Below, piece by piece: positions 10,187 through 22,850 of a DNA stretch of 64,000 nucleotides. The notes under the pieces were generated by a model. It was not told the origin of the DNA. It ran no database searches and saw nothing but the letters and a program-made list of their open reading frames with translations. The DNA is from Antedon mediterranea (lineage: Eukaryota > Animalia > Echinodermata), in assembly GCF_964355755.1 (NCBI RefSeq), contig NC_092674.1, positions 6,572,001-6,636,000 on the forward strand. The letters are read 5' to 3'. The translations under genes and the position numbers were made by a program. Positions within the stretch are counted from its first letter, which is position 1, and each line of letters begins with the position of its first letter.

Positions 10187-13100
10187 CTAGAAGAAAAATA
10201 TGACAACATCTGCTGTAGTAATATTTGGTTAATTTGCTTAATGCTAACAATATGCAACAACTCATAATTGTACCCCAATAGGACTGACGTCAAAGTTTAT
10301 CGTTGTGTACGCTTAGCACACCTTTTCATATCGTTTATTTCAAATGGTGAAACCCAACAAGTATTTTTGGGAGCTTAGCTATATACATGTGATAGTCATC
10401 AACATGAATTGTCACAGTCGATTCCTATACGGTATCACTCACGTCTAGCGACGTTAAACAGCCTGTAGTATCGCGTCTGCTGACGTACCAAAGGCCAATT
10501 TACACAGACGGGCGGTAACGGTAAGCGGAAAACCGCGTAGCTTGTCCCATGTAAAATCTGTATATATCTTGAGCGGAAACCGCCCGTCAGCTCCGCGCTT
10601 TGTGTAAATGGTCAAAAGGAATAACAGAGATTCTATATTTTAATTATCGTCGTTTTATTTTACCGCTCGTCTTTATGCTCATTGGTAGACTGAAATCAAA
10701 CACATTTTTAACACGGACAATTATCGTATATTGTTATTGAATTTCATTTACGACTTGACACAAAAACAACATTTCGAGTAATTAATAGTTTTACTTACAG
10801 GGTCGGTTTCGGGAGTTTTTTTTAAACGGTGGAGCCCTAACATATGTTCTGTCAAAATTGATATCAAAAGGTAATAATTTCGTTTTAGCTGTCAAAATGA
10901 TTTTTTTTTATGTCACCTGCATTGGTCTTTGGGTAGCTTGATTAATCCTTTGGTAATCTTTAAACACTGGCTGTTACCAGACGGACATCCACACGCGCAC
11001 GAACTGCGGTCCTGCACGTACGGACTGGGGCATCTGGTGGCGCATTCACACATACACGTTGTTAAATTCCATACGTGAGTAGATAAACAAGCCATTGTTT
11101 TAGTACAGCTCGACTTTTGTACGCAAGAGCAGGTTTTGTGGCTGACTACGTTGCGTTGAACTGAATGAACTACGGGTTGTCTTGCGTCAGTGTCGTACAC
11201 CATAAACTAACAAAAAACAATAGACTTATTGTTGGATATTGGGTGATAACATGTATTATCAATACTATACCTATGTTGTGATAGCTATCTTAACCACGCC
11301 AATTTCTAAAATTGATGCTAAAATGTTACTACGCGTGCGGTATGGTCCATTTAAATTTTATATAGGTGCCATACAGCGCCTAAAGCTCTGTATACTACAC
11401 TATCAATCGTTATGTCACAAAAAATATGATGTGCCCAAACTAGTTTGATAGTGTAGACAGAGCTTAATAAATGTGATCAGGTACAAGCGTCCAGCGTCTT
11501 ATCTTACTCTCTACACTATCAAACTTTATGTGACATCAAAGTGTGATGTACCCATCCATGGACATGATGATGCCATATTACTACCATATTTAAGCATATC
11601 ACTACCATATTTGGGCACATCACACTTATTTTGTTAAACTAGTTTGATAGTGTTGACAGAGCTTTATTCAATTCAATTCAAATTCAAATAAACATTTATT
11701 TCTTTCATTCATATTTGAGTAAAAAACATTATAATTTCTGATATTTTATAAATAAATATTTTTTTTTTTAGAGATATAATACAGTAAATCATAATGTATA
11801 AAAAGATGATTCAGTTATATACAAAATGAAAGAGGCAAAAAAACCCAAGAAAGTATCGATCAATTGGAAAAAAAAAAATCCAATTGAAACTTGTATGTTG
11901 GGAAGCCATGTAAGAACATTATATACTTATATATATATAAATGTAAACATATAAATACACAAACACATATAGATCAACAGACACACACACACACCAACAG
12001 TAAAGGAAGCAATTTCGAATAAGTTTCTAAAGTTAAAAAAAATATTACAAAATAGAGAAAACAATTAGTTATAATTTGAAATAAGATATTCTTTAAGTTT
12101 AAAAGAGAACATTTTGCTAGAAGACGATGATGAAATTTCGGGAGGTAGATTATTGAATAGTTTAGAACCACTATAGCGAATGTTATGTTTCATTTTAGTT
12201 AGTTTAGGTTGAGGAAGATGAAGGTCCCGTGATGCTCTTGTGTTATACGAATGGATTTCAGAGTTAGTTAAAAAATTACAGGAAAAGTTAGAAGGCAGTT
12301 TGGAATTAATATGTTCATAAACGAAAATGCATTGTTGGAGTTTATTAATATCGTGCACAGTTAAGAGTTTAAGGTTATAAAAAAGAATATTAGTATGAGC
12401 AAGACGTGAGTTACCCGAGATAAGACGAACAGCTTTCTTTTGAAGGACGTGTATTTTATTAAGATTTGAAGGGTAATTATTGGCCCATACAATGTTACAG
12501 TAACTAATAAAAGGCAGAATAAAGGAACAGTAAATATTGCGTAAAATTTGAGACGGTAAAAAGGAAGACAGACGATAAAGTATGCCAATGTTTTTAGAAA
12601 TTTTTAATTCAATTTCTTTTATATGATTTTTAAAATTTAGCTCTTGGTCAATTAAAACACCTAGAAATTTGGTTTGCTTAACATGGGGAATTACTTGATC
12701 ACCAATCAGAATTTTATGAGACTCGTCGGTCAGTTTTTGATGACGTATTCCAAACAACATAAAGTTGCATTTACTTAGCTTTATTGAAAGTTTATTCACA
12801 TTAAAATAATCGTTAATATTAATTAATTCTTGGTTAAAAGTATGAAAAATTGATTGAAAGTTAACACTTTTAAAAAATAAAGTCGTGTCATCTGCATAAA
12901 GATAAAAGGTAAGGATATCTGAGGCGTTTGGTAAATCATTGATGTAAATTAGAAATAAAAGAGGGCCAAGCAAGGACCCTTGGGGAACACCACAGGTAAT
13001 GGGCTTAAGATCAGAGGTATGATTGTTAACAGAAGTACATTGAAATCTATTTGATAAGTAATTGTTTAAAAGTTTAAGAGCAACACCACGGATACCATAA

Positions 13101-16100
13101 TTTGAAAGTTTAGTAATCAGAATATGATGGTCAATAGTATCAAAAGCTTTCGACAGGTCAATAAACAAGCCAGAGGGAAAAGAATTGTTTTGAATTGCAT
13201 CAATAATGTTGTTGGTTAAATCAATTAGCGCAAAAGACGTAGAATAGTTTTTCCTAAATCCGAATTGTTTATTATAAAGAATATTGTGCTTGCTTATAAA
13301 ATCATAGACGCGGTTATAAATAATCTTTTCAAGAATCTTTGAAAAAAAGGGAAGGATGGAGATTGGACGATAGTTATTTGGATCGGACTTGCTACCTTTC
13401 TTGAAAATTGGAATAACTTTACCAATTTTTAGGGAGTTGGGAAAAACACCAGATGTAAGAGATAAATTAAAAATGTAAGTGAGAGGAGAGAGAATAGTGT
13501 CAATGGATTTTTTAATAACTTTAGAACAAATGTCATCGATGCCAGAGGCCTTGTTGCTTTTAAATGAATTTGTGATTTTGTGCACTTCTTGTTCGGTTAC
13601 AGGTGAAAGAAAAATTGAGTTAGGAATAGGGAAGTGATGAAAAGTTTTATCAGAGTCATTGTTTATTTTTCCAGCAAGGTTGGGTCCAATATTTGTAAAG
13701 TGGTCATTGAATAGATTTGCTACTATTAAAGGTTCTTTTATTAATTTTCCATCAGCTAAAAGTTCAATATCGGCAGGTGCATTTTTATTTGACTTAAGAA
13801 GAGAATTGATGACACGCCAGGTGGCCTTGATATTGAACTTAAGCTTAGTAAAAGTTTCACAAAAGTAATCCAATTTAGCAGTTTTTAAAACGTTGTTTAA
13901 TTTATTTCGATAACGCTTATATTTGGATATATTAGAAAGTGTTGGATGGCGTAGACTTTTAGAATAAAGTTTCTGTTTGTACAAAATCGAGGTCAAAAGT
14001 CCATCGGTCATCCATGGTTTAAGTTTAACTTTAGCTTTGGATGGTTCAAAATAAAGGAAAGTGTTTATTATATAAGGTGGTAAAATTATTAATAAATGTG
14101 TCATATGCCAGATTTGTGTCTTGCGTACTCACGACATCATTCCATGGAAAAATTGATAAATCATTACGAAAATTAAGGATATTGTGTTCACTAGTATTTC
14201 TAAATTTAAGATTGGTATTGATTACTCGCTTATTCGGTTTATTTGAACTGATGTTAAAAACAGGAAGATGATCTGTAGCATCATTAATAATGATACCACT
14301 AACAGACGATTCAAGATCATTAGTGAAAATGTTGTCAATTAGGGTAGCGGAATGTTCGGTGATGCGTGTCGGTCTATGAATAAGCGAAATGAGAGAATTG
14401 TTGAAAAGACAATGAACAAAATCATTAATATTGTTATCAGATTCAAATTTGAGTAAGTCAATGTTAAAATCACCAAGGAGAAATATTTTGTTATTTTCTT
14501 TCGTTAAGTTTTTAATAAGGAGTTCAAAGTTCTGCGTAAAGAAAGGAATAGAAATATCATGGGGTCTATATATAGTTCCTATTATTATATCTTCTTTTCC
14601 GGTTTTAACTTCAATAAACTGAGATTCACAAAAATAGGTTAAAGGAGTTAAGTCATCTCTAATTTTATAATGACACTTATTATTGATAAAAATATTGATA
14701 CCTCCGCATTTATATGAACGGGGTTTGAAAACTAGTGAATAAAATGGTAAATGAATAAGTGGACTAACACAGTCCATCCAAGTTTCAGTTACCGAAATGA
14801 CATCAAAGTCAAAATTAAGAGATTGAATGCAACTTGAAATAGATTCAAAGTTTTTTTGTAAGCTTCTAGCATTAAAATGTATACAAGAGAAACGATTTTC
14901 AAATTCATTGTTATTGAATTTCTTTGTGAATTCATTTGGTAAATAGTAATTAGAAATATTTTGATCATTAAAAAAATTATTGTCCGGGTCGATGTCGTCA
15001 AATTGACTAGCAGTTGATGAGGGTTTAAATAGATGGTTTGATAATCGATTTAAATTATCATTGTTACTGAAAGTTGGTGCTTCCATATAAGACAAAAACA
15101 CAAAAAACACAGACAAAACACAGAACAAATACAAATTAAGAGTTAGAAAAATTGAGGTATAGTAAGTAACGTGCTTAAGCGTAAAATGTAATTTTAAACT
15201 GCTCAAAACAGAGTCTCTTTATGTATAACTATGAATCAATTGATAAAGTTAGTCAGTTGTAACATACATACATATAAACACACACATATACATATATGTA
15301 GGTTCCTAATTTGACACGACGAACGATAGGCGCAACGCCTAGTGTGTTGACCAATCACAAGCGTCGAGCGTCGTCGTGGACGCAATGCGTCGTTTTGCGA
15401 ACTTTTGTCTAAATACCTGTTTCTTGACTAATTCTGTCTGGTTTGCTTTACAAGTGAACCCGTCCGCGCAACAACCCGAATTCCGGCATCGGTTGACTCG
15501 GATACATTCGGGATACAGTCGGAAGACCAATCCTTCAACGATGCCGATCTCTTTATACGCGTCTATGATGACAGATCTTGGCGTACCGCACATCACATCC
15601 AGTGCTTGTTCAAGTAATATTTCTCGATCTATTTATAAAATAAAATCAAGCATAATTGTTACTTCACTGTACTGACCAAGAATCAAGACAGTCTTCTGTA
15701 ATCATTAAGAAAAACGCTAAAACTAATTTGAAGCTACATGTAAGCTAGGCCTACATTCACACGGAAGACGGCGCTGTTTTATTAAATCAAGAAAGAATAG
15801 ACAAAACTATTAGTTAAATTACTAGTGTGAATGTACCGTAGCGTTAAACCAAGGCAATTGACTCGGTTTAAAGCATAAAGAGAAATCTAAACTTATTTCA
15901 CTGTGGTTAAAGTAGTCAAAGGAAGGACAGACAGACAGACTTACCAGTTTTCATCTGTAATTCTAACGGCATGCTTCGCTGATCTTGACGTCCCTTTTGA
16001 ACTCGTACGCCAGGTCTTGCTTGTGTGGCTTCTTGCGACCCCATGACCGCCTGCCATACGTCTTCAATATTATTGTGTGGAAATATTGCTTCAAGGAATT

Positions 16101-19100
16101 CATCAGCTGTTTGTATTCTTCCATTTTGTGATACCTAGTAAAAAAAAAAATATTTTTTACAAAAAACGCCACTCATCTCACGATAACTACTGTCTACATG
16201 CATCTCAATATTTATCAGCAAATGTTTTCACAGACTCTCTTTTCCCAGACGTGCTTTGGGGTATGCGCATGCCCAGTCCGAGTTTCCAAATACCCATTTT
16301 TCAGCCGTAGTAAACTATAAGCAAAAGAAATTATGATTTGGCCATATGTGGACATGATGATGTCATATCACTACCATATTTGAGCATATCACTACCATAA
16401 TATTTGGGCACATCACACTTTTTTTGTCAAATTAGTTTGATAGTGTAGACAGAGCTTTATAAGTGTCCCGAGAACAACGCACAGAAGACGAAGAGCATTT
16501 AAAGGCCATCAACTTCACCTCTCATCCGAAAGACGGTTAAACCATTAAACCCTGCAAGAAACACTAATCCTCTTAGTCATCGAACATGACCATTTAACAG
16601 CACAACCTGATAACGGATTAGATACTCATCTTGCTAAGATTATGATAATCTATCACATCTATTAGGATTAAAAGATACTTATACTCTTATGGACATTATC
16701 CACAAAAGCATAATACATTAAATAGCAGTAATTATCCTTGTAATTGAAAGCTTATCTTATTAGAAGTAATGAATTATACAGACGAGTATAAATGACAATG
16801 ATGAATTTAAAAACTAGGACGATAAATAACATTGTGACAATCCCATCAGTTTAACGTATCTATATATGCCGATAACTTACTGTATACGACCTAAAGCTCT
16901 GTCTACACGACATGTTGACCTACGTCGACTTTTTATTGTAATTGTTATTTTCTATATCATGTTTTTTTTTTTTGTGTGTATATTTCTCTTGGATGCACCT
17001 TCCATTTGGTCGAGTGCCACTGTTGTAAAAGTGTAATCTCCAAATAAATTATTATTATTATTATCAAATTGTACGTGTGATGTGCCCATAATAGACATTA
17101 TGGTGACATATTACTACCATATTTAACCATATCACTACCATATTTGGGCACAGCACACTTTTTGTATCAAACTAGTTTGATAGTGTAGATTATATTCAAG
17201 CTTGGTTCCTATACTAATTTGACGCGACGAAGGATAGGCGCAACACAGGTGTATTGACCAATCACAAGCGGCAGATCGGATGATTTATCGCGCCGTGATT
17301 GGTAAATTTACTAGCGGCGTGCTTATACGTCATAATATAAGTGTGAATCAAGCTTGAGATATAATGGTAGATGCGGGGAAACAAACATTTGTAAATGACG
17401 AAAGAAAATCTGGGATTGCCATCTTTATGTCATATGAGCCTGTTAGCGTCGTGTGGCAGTTTGACAGTCCCCGGTTTGTTGTTGCTAGCCATGAAACATT
17501 CCCCAGTTTGTTGTCGCTTGACAAGAAACAATTTCAGTTTGTTTCTAGACATGAAGTCGTACCAGAGTAGGCTTTCGTCACTGTACACGTAAACCTATGC
17601 ACGGTATGAACTGAATGACGCTTAGGCCTCGTAAGCAGACAATGATGATGATTTTAACAGTCATTGGTCAACACTTTATAACCGATTGACTGGACATTTT
17701 GAGTAAAAGGTCAAAACGTGAAACGTCACTAAATTTGTAACTTCACCTGGTATCATTAATCTATTTCTAAATTTCAAACGAATAATGAGCAAATGGCGCT
17801 TTAAGACTATATCGTTATTATTACTTGTAGGCTTGGTTCCCACTAGAACGTAACGCAAGGACGTAAACGCAACGCAAGCGTTTTAACCAATGACAAGCGA
17901 AGTTATAGACAGCAATCACAAGCGAATAAGCCATCGCTTGTGATTGGTCAATTCACTTGTGTTACGTCCTTGTGTTGCGTTGCTAGTGGGAACCAAGCTT
18001 ACGGTATACCAATGCGTGGGATACTGATCAGTGGATAATATTTTTATAACAGTTTTCTCGAAATGAACCACTAACAAATAAATAAAACATAACGATACAG
18101 AGAAATTAAATAGGTTTAAAAAATGTATTTTTTTTATATTTGACAATTTTTACTTTGATACAGATAGACCTAATTTAATTTACTTAAAAGAACGGGAATA
18201 TGTTTTAATTTATGAAAAGAATATGAATGGTATATGTGATTTCATTCAACTTCTAATTATCGTGAATTACGCGAAGATTTTTTATTTCATTTATGAAACG
18301 AATATGATTTGTCTATAGGTATGATTTCATCAAACTTCTAATATATTGATATCATCACAAAATTATATTTTAATGACATACCGTAATTCAGAAAGTGTTT
18401 AGGCCTGATATCAATTGGTAAGTATATTAAAGAAGTCCCCCAAAAACATGAAAAATGGAGAATAATTAAATTAGACTTTGAATAATGGTATTTTGTTATA
18501 ATTTTAATAAAGTTAATCACTTCTGTAGAAAAAAAAAACGAAAAAAATAATATTTTTGACTTATAAAATAAATGGTTAAACTCAATCACAAATCCATTGA
18601 CTGGCAGCCAATTTGACTATTTTTTGCATTAAATTACAGTTTTTCCAGATAAATAATTTAGTTTTCGATCTAATTTTTTGTAAAAGTGGATAACTATTAT
18701 GTGACTTTAAAATGGCATATTCAATACAAAAAAATGTAAAAATCATTTTGCAGGGGGACAATACATCTTCGAAGACATAGTATCAAAATGTTATGAATAA
18801 ATGTATTCTACCGATGACGTTATGTCCCAGTTAAATATCATAATACCTGTTATATAAATCCCGAAACGTAAAGTAGGCCGCTAAGCCATCTACACAAAAT
18901 AAAATTTCCTAGGATTTCCGATCCATGACATAACAAGATCGACCTCCGGTACGTTGATCCAATTCCCGGTTGGAAACATAAGTAAATTTACCTTCTTCAA
19001 TGTTTATGACATAGACTTAAATTCTGTTCTTGTACTTCAATATAACATTACAATGCATTTAATATAGGCCTTTAAAAACTGTATGAAACCTAACAGAACT

Positions 19101-19640
19101 GAGGTACATTAATAATGAAAGAAAAAGCATGCCTATGTCTATACGCTAAAGTGTGATGTCCCTAAATATGGTGGTGATATGCCCAAATATGGTAGTGATA
19201 TGCCCAAATATGGTATGGTGTTTTGTCACATAAAGTTTGATAGTATAGACAGCTAGCTTTACAATTCAGGTCCAAAAAACACATCTATGATTGATAGAAA
19301 AAGCACATTCGACATAATTATCAAGTTCGCACCTCGCTTGATTCTTGTTTCCTAATTTTTAAAAATTTATTTTGATAATAAATTACATATATAGTAAGGA
19401 ATACACTCACAGTATATAAGAAGCATAAATAACCTATACACTTTGAATATTGTTTCATCTATAATAAAACACAATATTTATAAAAACGACTTTTTGAAGA
19501 AATTCCACATGATCTTTAATTTGAGTTAAACTTTTCTATTGTTTACCTATTTTACCTACCTGTGAATTGTAATCCTGATTGGTTCCACTTGCAGGTATGA
19601 CCAGCCGAACGAACAACAAAATGGCGACAGTTGCAAACAT
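9877..19640 (-). CDS. PDGF/VEGF family growth factor with C-terminal CXCXC (Balbiani-ring/silk-like) repeats, VEGF-C/D-like architecture; gene copy 1, 5 exons, ~360 aa
   Basis: Exons 19640-19560, 16134-15945, 15628-15417, 11206-10917 and 10186-9877 splice in frame (intron phases 0,1,0,2). Signal peptide MFATVAILLFVRLVIPASG. All 8 cystine-knot Cys present (MCGTPR, YPECIRVNRCRNSGCC, TC, HKTCSC). Cys-rich tail WNLTTCMCEC / QDRSSCACGC. Confidence 0.9.
10917..11206 (-). CDS. VEGF-like gene 1 exon 4 (end of cystine knot plus CXCXC repeats)
   Basis: HKTCSC, CMCEC, CACGC; TTAG acceptor, GTGACA donor. Confidence 0.9.
11667..15300 (-). mobile_element. Non-LTR (LINE) retrotransposon, L2-group (Crack/Daphne-like), inside intron 3 of VEGF-like gene 1
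   Basis: APE ORF 15206-14046 (probable Met 15086; FNARSL, VTETW, IYRP, GDFNIDL, TLIDNIF, TDHLPVF). RT ORF 14104-12065 (NYRPIS, FIDLSKAFD, GVPQGSLLGP, YADD). One frameshift near 14050. 3' tail of (TTGAA)n at ~11667-11690 preceded by AATAAA (11700-11695). Confidence 0.93.
12065..15086 (-). pseudogene. LINE ORF2 (APE + reverse transcriptase) split by a single frameshift
   Basis: The two overlapping ORFs join at ...YNKHFPL / ...KVKLKPWMT. Confidence 0.85.
15417..15628 (-). CDS. VEGF-like gene 1 exon 3 (PDGF/VEGF domain)
   Basis: CGTPRSVII...YPECIRVNRCRNSGCCADGFTCKA. Confidence 0.93.
15945..16134 (-). CDS. VEGF-like gene 1 exon 2 (propeptide)
   Basis: VSQNGRIQTADEFLEAIFPHNNIEDVWQAV...LQMKT; similar to paralogue exon (EYLKEFFPNQDREQV); donor GTAAGT. 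Confidence 0.82.
17830..17999. mobile_element. MITE family B copy
   Basis: GGCTTGGTTCCCACTAG ... CTAGTGGGAACCAAGCT termini. Confidence 0.8.
19560..19640 (-). CDS. VEGF-like gene 1 exon 1 (signal peptide)
   Basis: MFATVAILLFVRLVIPASGTNQDYNSQ followed by donor GTAGGT. Confidence 0.8.
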
Positions 19641-19780
19641 ATTTCTTGAAGTTAACATTCACTGGTTATAACACCTTTTAACGATACAATTCAAAGTTAA
19701 AACAATCTGCTGCTATATTAAAGACCTGTACAAAATTAGGCGAAACACTCGTATTTGAGAGGTTTTGATTCAATCGTCAG

Positions 19781-19794
19781 TATATATATATATA
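19781..19794 (-). promoter_or_regulatory. TATA-like (TA)n tract ~145 bp upstream of the VEGF-like gene 1 ATG
   Basis: TATATATATATATA positioned upstream of exon 1 on the - strand; may simply be a microsatellite. Confidence 0.35.
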
Positions 19795-22244
19795 CGCAAG
19801 TTGATAACAGACTCGTTGTAATACTATTCTCTTGTATAATGTCATCGCATCGGTAAACTTCGATCCTCTGGGAGAGGAGAGGCAACCTACAATCTAATAA
19901 TACCTAAGCCACGCAATGCACACCGACATGCTTGCACTTAAAACCAATAAGATATCGCTATAGAATGTTTTGGTTTTAGTTGAAATATGCTAAAGCAATT
20001 ATAAACAGAAATGCCAAGACTTTGGAAATGATCAGTCAGGATACTTTTTTATTACGTGGGACATGGGAATAACCGAAAACATGAATATAAATCAAAAACG
20101 TAGGAGTTTCGTTAAAATATGACTCAGTCAGCCTACAATACATTTAAGTTCACGATGAATTTTTATTTAAAAATAATTTAACACTTTGATCGAATTGGCA
20201 AAGTTACAAAACTCGATCTAATCCGCCGCGGTCTGTTGGTCCCTATATTCAATTTTAAAACCTCGTTAACCGTGTTTCAGATTTTTTTGACATATATCAA
20301 CTTATTTTTTGATTTATTAACATTTAAAAAATGTTTTGACTGGATAAAACAATTATGCCCTTTAATCCTCAAAATAAATCACGAAAAAATGATCAATATA
20401 TGAATCTCCGAACTCCGCCGACCGACCGCCCAAAAAGGACGAATCTCCCACTAAACCGGACGGATAGGGACTTCCACTATATGTTTTAAGTTTATAGCCA
20501 AATAGTTAGTTTTTGCCGTCTTTATTTTGCCTTTACTTACCTTTTTAACTGTGATCCGAATTAGGCCTATACTAGTTGATTGTGTTCTAGATGTGCTCAC
20601 ATGCTCCTCACACAAAGCGAGATATAACATACTGCACTGGGATTATAGAAAACCTTCAACATGCAACCTGATCATCAACCATATCAATCTGTACAGTTTA
20701 CAATAATACATTCTAAATATTCAAAATGGACTAATTAGTTTTAGGATTAAACACGTTTATTCATATCATTTGAAGGAGATGATTTCAAAAACATTCCAGC
20801 GTTCATTCCGCGCGTCCTTTGCTCGAGAATTGGAATATAAACGATTTTTAATTACCATGCTATCTGTATAGCCATCTGCTTACGTGCTCGCCATCTCATT
20901 TAGTATTTAACCCCCACACAATATACCCTTTGTCGCTGCTTTTACAATCATTGTGTCGTCATTATAATTACAATTTATATCGTAACTATAAATATGATGC
21001 GTCTCTTGTGTATAAGTCCCGAGAGGATTCTGTTTTTTTTAAACGTAGCATTAATTACAACATAATGGTACCTGAATCATCAAGGCGATCAATTCATGAA
21101 TTTTTAAGTATAAAACCGGTTTTGTAATTAACGTCATCAGAAGTGCGTGGATGGAATATTGGGCATGGGTTAAAGGCATGAGGAAAATACCAGACTATTA
21201 CTGACAGGTTTTTATCCAAAGATAGGCGCGACCTCTTCTAGGACAATAGCGTGAAACCTGCAAAACACTTCAACGTGGTTCCCACTAGGACGCAACGCCA
21301 GGACGTAAGCGCAACGTAAGTAAATTGACCAATCACAAACGATGAATTATTCGAACTGCCGCTTGTCATTGGTCAACTTGCTTACGTTGCGTCTACCTCC
21401 TTGCGTTGGGTCTTAATGGGAACCAAGTTTAAGAGACCTTGAAATCAGATGCTTCTCTCTATCATAATCTCAGAGATGGGACAACTACTCCGACGCAACA
21501 TTTCCAATCTGTATTACTACTTGTATAATTGTAGGCCTACTAGTGGCACGCTGCCTGTTCATGTTGATGTTAAAAGGGGGAAAAGCCAGAATTAAAAATA
21601 ATTTTGAAACCCGAAAAATCTAAAAAAAAATCAGGCATAGAAAAAATGTGTGTAACATAAGTATAAATATGGTTAATTGTCTTCTTGTCTGTTAATTGAA
21701 GTTGAATATTCATCACCGCGCACATGGTAGTTTCATGGTGCTTTTTGTGTGACGATATAGAGGGCGCACTACGAATTACGTAGTTTGTCGAATCAAATAC
21801 TGTATTAATATTATACCAATCTTTGGTGGAATCAATTTTATTTAGTCTGTCATTATCATTCGGCTTGATACAGGTGCCAATCACCAACATCACTATCTTT
21901 GTCAGCAAAAATAAATAATCGTCGTCATTTTCGTCTCAAACCTATAAATAGTCGCACTAGCCGGCTAAATAGTAGGCCTATTCTTACTTATGTTTCAACG
22001 AAGATAGATATATTCTGTATTTTCAACGAATGAAATATATGGCACATGGTTCATAAAATAAACAAAGCGTTTGTCATAGACAGAGTATGATTTAATCAAT
22101 TATCTTTAGTTACATAAATAAATAAACAAACATATATTTAGAAATCTGTAATATCAGATGCGAATCATAAGAGCAAACGTTTGAGGACCAATAATACTAA
22201 TCAAAATATATTTCATATCGAATGGAAGAATGTGTAAATAGAAT

Positions 22245-22850
22245 CAAGGTACGCATCCTACAGGAAACGTTCCCAAATAAAATACAGGTACGTATCATAC
22301 ATGACACGTACCTGGAAATAAATCCAGGTACGCATCAAATAGGACATGTACCTAGAAATGCACTCAGGTACGAATCATGCAGGATACGTACCTAGAAATG
22401 CATCCAGGTATGAATCATACACTACACGAAGCTAGACATGCATCCAGGTGCGAATCATACAGGACACGTACCCAGAAATTAATACAGGTACGCATAAAAT
22501 AGGATACGTACCTAGAAATGCATCCAGGTATGAATCATACACTTCACGAAGCTAGACATGCATCCAGGTGCGAATCATACAGGACACGTACCCAGAAATT
22601 AATACAGGTACGCATAAAATAGGATACGTACCTAGAAATGAATCTAGGTACGAATCATACAGGACACGTACCTAAAATGCATCCAGGTACGAATCTTACA
22701 GGACACGTATCCAGAAATGAATACAGGTACGCATAAAATAGGATACGTACCTAGAAATGAATCCAGGTACGCATCACATAGAATACGTACCTAGAAATGC
22801 ATCCAGGTACGAATCATACAGGACACGTACCTAGAAATGTATCCAGGTAC
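22245..22850. repeat. 40-bp minisatellite (~15 units) with a 120-bp higher-order repeat
   Basis: Unit ~GAAATGCATCCAGGTACGAATCATACAGGACACGTACCTA. 22381-22500 and 22501-22620 differ by one base. Confidence 0.92.

Noticed and set aside
377-14622. Short antisense ORFs overlapping the two LINE ORF2 regions
   Set aside because: Shadow frames of the retrotransposon coding sequence.
15339-15416. Basic tail VFRQKFAKRR... of ORF 15339-15596
   Set aside because: It reads through the GT donor at 15416 into a half MITE and lacks the last two cystine-knot Cys.
21570-21908. 112-aa ORF on - between the VEGF genes
   Set aside because: TTG start, no recognisable domain, and the nearby acceptor does not join this frame without a stop.
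22245-22850. CRISPR-like array
   Set aside because: Units are contiguous with no unique spacers, and the context is eukaryotic with no cas genes.
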